Shown one piece after another: positions 34,851-37,856 of a stretch of DNA of 37,856 bases. Position 1 is the stretch's first letter, and the number at the start of each line of letters is the position of its first letter. The stretch lies in assembly GCA_032718475.1 (NCBI GenBank), contig JAUCBJ010000442.1, positions 1-37,856 of the forward strand, given 5' to 3'. This DNA comes from Nemertoderma westbladi. Taxonomy: Eukaryota; Animalia; Xenacoelomorpha. The notes beneath the pieces were generated by a model, which did not search any database, was not told the origin of the DNA, and saw only the letters and a list, made by a program, of their open reading frames with translations. A program made the translations under genes and the position numbers.

Positions 34851-35453
34851 AAATCAGCAACCCCAAATTACCCCAGATCTGTATTTTTATTGAATTCCGC
34901 TGTGGTCCTCGATTTGAATGCATTTTCCTACAATGCTGTGTATGTGTTTCTGAGTATGAATGTCCTCGGTTTGTTTGTATTCTACGCAAAGTCCTCGGTT
35001 TCCGGTGCCAAAATAAACACTTTAGTTTTCAACCAACCGAGGACCCGAATACAAACCGAGGACCCGAATACAAACCGAGGACCCGAATACAAACCGAGGA
35101 CCCGAATACAAACCGAGGAGCCGAATGCAAACCTAGGGGCCGAATACAAACCGTACAAACTTGAACAAGGTGATGGTATAATAATGCTTAAGCGGCTCAA
35201 TAAAATCAATGAAGAATGAAAAAATGACAGATATTCTGAATTTGGTAATAGAGAAATAACTTTTAACAGCATTTATTTATTCAACTATGTATATTTTAGA
35301 CTTTATTAATGTTAACGAAGGCCAATATCAATAAAATTGATTATTCAAATGACAGTAATTCAGTTTCCAATAAAATATTAAGTAATCAGATAACCGTAGA
35401 AAAATTATGTTATTATTATACTGTATGTCAGAATGTACCCAAAAAACCTAAAA
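34851..35453 (+). repeat. Direct repeat copy 2 (of 22331-22914)
   Basis: Near-identical over ~600 bp. Confidence 0.97.
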
Positions 35454-35459
35454 ACTAAA

Positions 35460-35556
35460 CAAATGAAGTACGTTGGAATTATGTTTGTGGGCTCCCATGT
35501 TTCTCAACTTACACAGTAACAGTCTACGGTTGTTTTATTTGTTAAGCTTAACTTAA
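35460..35556 (-). pseudogene. Second-copy fragment of the YR gene (matches 33754-33850)
   Basis: CAAATGAAGTACGTTGG...GTTAAGCTTAACTTAA with one mismatch seen. It ends exactly at the TTAA where a piggyBac end begins. Confidence 0.93.
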
Positions 35557-36760
35557 CCTTCTAATTGCCGTGGGGTCGCTAGCGACCCCAGAACACATTT
35601 ATAATTTCTATAGATGCGTACTAAATTATTTCCGGAAACAAAATGATCCGTGGTAAAAATTCTACCAGTGTTTTCTATAGCTGGTAGTGAAAAAAATCTA
35701 AATTGCTGTCCCAACACACTATTTATTAGCAATTATAAAAAATGCAGCGTTATGTACCATGGGGTCGCTAGCGACCCCAACCGTATACGTAGACGGCGAG
35801 ACAGAACACAGGTGGAACGCTGGCAGGGGCGTGGTAGATTATAAGCCACATGCAGATTACATGTCTGTATATGCTTGTACGTGTGCTTCTTAGGTTACAA
35901 TTACATGAACAAGTGACTCCTCCCATCCGCATACAGTAAGCCATAATCTGAGGAAATCTTCTCATTGGATGATGTACAGTATATTATCTCCGGCACAAAC
36001 ACGAGACAAATTTTCAGATTGCCCTAGCAACTCACATTAGCTACGTTATATTTCTGTATATCTAACGAACAAGTGACTCCCCCCGTCCGCATACAGTAAG
36101 CCATAATCTGAGGAAATGTAGATTATAGGTCACCAAATTATTGGTCGGTAAATTGGTACCGGCCATGTGCCGGGGGTAAAGAAATTAGTTGTGTCAGTGG
36201 CGCCTCAGCCTACCCTCGTGTAGAAGCCAAGAGCTGAAGAGAGAGGTGGCTTTCATGGTTACCTCCGCTCCGGTTCAGTACCTACCTTGTTGTAGGCCTA
36301 CTCACCAATCCACTTTCTGACTTTTTTTATTGGCTTGGGAGCTTCGCGCCGTTCGCTTCGCTCACCAACCCAATTAGGATTACCTGATTACTGTTAGATC
36401 TAGGTTAGGGTTGTAATGCAATCCTAACCAAGGGACTAACCCTACCCCCTTCAGGAAGTCCATTCAAACAGTAAAAAAACGGGCAATTTGAATCCGACGC
36501 TAAACTCCACGTATGCCCGGTACGTACCGGACCGGTGGTGGTAGGTAGGCCTACAAAAGATATCAGGCAGGATATAGGCCCTAGTAGGATACCGTACAGC
36601 CGTAACGGTACCGTTACCGACCATTATTATATATCTCAAAACATGTCTATCCGGTATACTGCACAGCAAGCCCTAGATATCATACTCAATTATGAAAGCG
36701 AGAGTGATGATGAAAATGAGGAGGAAATCGGCGACGTGTGTGACGGGATCAATGGATCCC
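35557..36760 (+). mobile_element. Left end and transposase N-terminus of a piggyBac element
   Basis: TTAA|CCTT terminus, palindrome TGGGGTCGCTAGCGACCCCA twice (~35571 and ~35760), ATG 36643 MSIRYTAQQALDIILNYESESDDENEEE (acidic piggyBac-type N-terminus). The right end is not in the window. Confidence 0.7.
35907..36117 (+). repeat. 51-bp direct repeat, 160 bp apart (35907-35957 / 36067-36117)
   Basis: GAACAAGTGACTCCYCCCRTCCGCATACAGTAAGCCATAATCTGAGGAAAT occurs twice. Confidence 0.9.
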
Positions 36761-37186
36761 GACCGGTTGTAGTTAGTACGCGTCACAGCGGGCCGATGGG
36801 TGGATATGATATAATATATATATAAGGTCTGAGTTCGGTGTTCAACTGAAGTATAATATTGTAATATAGATGATAGCAATAATTGGTAGATACAGGTACC
36901 GGTAGGATAATGCATACAGCACCGCAACGACGGTCAAACTATGTGGCCGGTCCGCGGTAAACTAATCACTGAGTAAACTGAATAACTGATTGCATCGACC
37001 GGTAATATATATTGCACGGTTTGGCCTTGTTACAGTACCTAGTCGATGCTGTCCCCCCATTGGCTAATATCCCTGTTGGCACCCTTTGCCCCCCTCTGAA
37101 GTGCTTCCCTTCGCTCCTTGTGTTCTCTCTCGGTTAGGGGTTTGGCCCCTGACCCCTATTGTGTGTTTCTCCTTCCCTTCCCACTT

Positions 37187-37333
37187 TATTGGGGTGACAC
37201 GAGGTTGATATTGGTAATCAACCTCGTGCTCCCAATATTGCTTAGGTTATGGCTCACTTTATGGGGTTTGGTGAGGCGGAATTGATTCGCTAACACTCCC
37301 CCCCATGCTATCTTCCCGGTGAGAAGATAGCAT
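37187..37333. other. Two strong hairpins ahead of a pyrimidine-rich tract
   Basis: CACGAGGTTGAT/ATCAACCTCGTG (12 bp, 37198-37228, extendable) and ATGCTATCTTC/GAAGATAGCAT (11 bp, 37305-37333), each with a 7-nt loop. Confidence 0.7.
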
Positions 37334-37856
37334 CAACCACTAAGTGCGCTTCAATTCCGCTGGAACTCGATCTATTATCGGGTGTGGGGTGGAGTTATTT
37401 TCTTGGAGTCGGCTTTCCAGGCCGCTCCCTATGGGTATGATGTCACTACCCTCTGGCGTCTCGTGTCGGGCCGATCGTGCGCTTCTCTCACACAATTTTT
37501 GTTTCCCCGACACTCTCACCACTCTAACTCCGCTCTCTGACTCAACTCGCTCTTACCCTCTCCCCACACCTGAATCGCACTCTTCTCTCTCGCCAACAGT
37601 TCCTTTCACTATCTCCTCTCGACGCCCTGCCACTCTTTAAGGCCCTGACCTCTACTGCTACCCCTCTGCTCTGCATACTATCTTTACCTCTACTAACTTC
37701 TAACTCGAACTCCTCTAACTCTACTGACTCCCTAGCCCTCTAACTAGAACTCTCTAACTCTATCCACTCTTCTAACTACGTGGCTGGCGCTTAGGGTGCC
37801 CACAACCCTCTGCTACTACACTTTCCATCTACGTGGCGCTTCCGGTGCCCACAACC

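Noticed and set aside
37408-37500. HDV-like ribozyme (P1 GTCGGCT/GGCCGAT, P3 GGC/GTC)
   Set aside because: No GG after P1 to form P1.1, and no downstream P2 partner strand.

Overview
AT-rich, intron-containing animal (probably invertebrate) genomic DNA made almost entirely of nested, mostly decayed mobile elements. I see no intact host gene and no prokaryotic features. Standard elements: a near-full-length Ty3/Gypsy LTR retrotransposon (26446-31951), a CR1/L2-type LINE fragment with an esterase ORF1 and a 2A-like peptide (about 18330-20781, minus), a LINE 3' remnant, three piggyBac-type pieces, a Tc1/mariner MITE, a foldback MITE and a tRNA-derived SINE. The ORF track misses the most interesting structure. 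(i) A spliced, pseudogenised Crypton-like tyrosine recombinase (YR) gene runs about 34135->23474 on the minus strand, with the Gypsy element inside one intron and the Tc1 MITE splitting its last (Myb/SANT-like) exon. (ii) Directly downstream and co-oriented is an exon of an unrecognised protein family. (iii) A second, highly diverged 4-exon member of that family lies at 6576-~8735, with identical splice positions and phases, and its 5' part is copied as a ~1.55 kb inverted repeat (1659-3221/5590-7135). (iv) The YR-bearing segment appears to be repeated head-to-tail from 34851 with an internal deletion. Working hypothesis (inference): a large YR-mobilised element carrying an uncharacterised OB-fold/Zn-module-like second gene. 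All alignments and translations were done by eye; no searches were run.
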